The translations under genes were made by a program, and so were the position numbers. Below the pieces are notes generated by a model. The model was not told the DNA's origin, did not search any database, and saw nothing but the letters and a program-made list of their open reading frames with translations. A stretch of 64,000 bases of DNA from contig DASYGK010000027.1 of the NCBI GenBank assembly GCA_035999905.1, positions 11,709 through 75,708 of the forward strand, in the 5' to 3' direction. This document shows, in pieces, positions 63,371 to 64,000 of this stretch (the first letter of the stretch is position 1; each line of letters starts with the position of its first letter). The DNA comes from Gaiellaceae bacterium (GTDB lineage: Bacteria > Actinomycetota > Thermoleophilia > Gaiellales > Gaiellaceae).

Positions 63371-64000
63371 ATGCAGCCCATGACCCCGTTCCGCGAACAG
63401 CTCACGCGCCCCGGCGCGTTCGTGGTCGCGGCCGAGGTCGTCACGAGCCGCGGGCTGATCACGGCCGACAGCAGCCGCCGCGTGCTGGAGATCGCGCGGG
63501 AGCTCGCGGCCGACGAGCGCATCGACGTGCTCTCGATCACCGACAACCCCGGCGGCCACGCGATGCTCGCGCCCGACACGCTCGGAACCGACCTCGTCTC
63601 GCGCGGGCAGGAAGTCGTGATCCACCTCTCGTGCAAGGACTGGAACCGCAACGCGCTCGAGAGCCGCGGCTGGAAGCTCGGGTCGGAGGGCTTCGACAAC
63701 GTGCTCGCGCTGTCGGGCGACTACCCGGTCACGGGGCACAAGGGGCTCGCGGCGCCCGTGTTCGACATCGACTCCGTCGGGCTGCTCAGCCTCTTCTCGG
63801 AGATGAACGACGGTTTGCGCGACACGCGCAAACCGGGCACGCGCCTCGACAGGACGAATTTCTTCCTCGGCGGCGTCGTCACGAACCACAAGCGGCGCGA
63901 GCGCGAGGTGATGCCGCAGTACTTCAAGCTGAAGAAGAAGGTCGAGGCCGGCGCGCGGTTCGTGATCAACCAGATCGGCTGGGACGTGCGCAAGGACGAC
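63371..64000 (+). CDS. metF: Methylenetetrahydrofolate reductase (MetF family), 3'-truncated by the window edge
   Basis: Open frame from ATG 63371 (or ATG 63380) to the window end. It is absent from the track because no stop is reached. Blocks FVVAAEVVTSRG, DVLSITDNPGG, VIHLSCKDWNRN, NVLALSGDYP and FFLGGVV are MTHFR-like. Confidence 0.78.
   Translation, partial: MQPMTPFREQLTRPGAFVVAAEVVTSRGLITADSSRRVLEIARELAADERIDVLSITDNPGGHAMLAPDTLGTDLVSRGQEVVIHLSCKDWNRNALESRGWKLGSEGFDNVLALSGDYPVTGHKGLAAPVFDIDSVGLLSLFSEMNDGLRDTRKPGTRLDRTNFFLGGVVTNHKRREREVMPQYFKLKKKVEAGARFVINQIGWDVRKDD

Overview
High-GC (Actinomycetota-like, by inference) chromosomal segment with about 58 protein-coding genes. Many genes are joined by 1-, 4-, 8- or 14-nt start/stop overlaps. 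I found no rRNA, tRNA, CRISPR array, transposase/integrase or mobile-element boundary. The left third (1-21.4 kb) is mixed housekeeping: amidase plus amidohydrolase, a doubly fused FtsX-type ABC system coupled to SnoaL-like and pyroglutamyl-peptidase genes, a sugar ABC importer with a divergent MsiK-like ATPase, Lon, HxlR, an RpoD-family sigma factor and SucA. The middle (21.4-34.3 kb) holds a secreted Pro/Ala/His-rich protein, two multi-domain c-di-GMP enzymes flanking a strongly signalled small acidic ORF and a ~380-nt hairpin-rich non-coding gap, a heterodimeric ABC exporter, a coiled-coil protein and an orphan histidine kinase. The right half (34.3-64 kb) reads as a ~30-kb aromatic-catabolism supercluster and is the best candidate for something new. 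It contains pcaIJHGBDC-pobA (beta-ketoadipate branch) and a LivJHMGF-type uptake system. It also contains an 8-gene operon headed by a LigM/DesA-like THF-dependent O-demethylase, with two E2-less E1 alpha/beta pairs, a benzoylformate-decarboxylase-like enzyme and an ADH. Next come an IclR regulator coupled to an acetoacetyl-CoA-synthetase-like ligase, and a 7-gene putative meta-cleavage operon (VOC-type dioxygenase, GalB-like PIG-L hydratase, RraA-type aldolase, GMC flavoprotein). A partial metF ends the window. A 16-nt box shared by the pca and demethylase/iclR control regions links these units. Most long Arg/Ala/Pro-rich ORFs in the track are out-of-frame or antisense artefacts of the high GC content. 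All family calls come from motif recognition by eye, not database searches.
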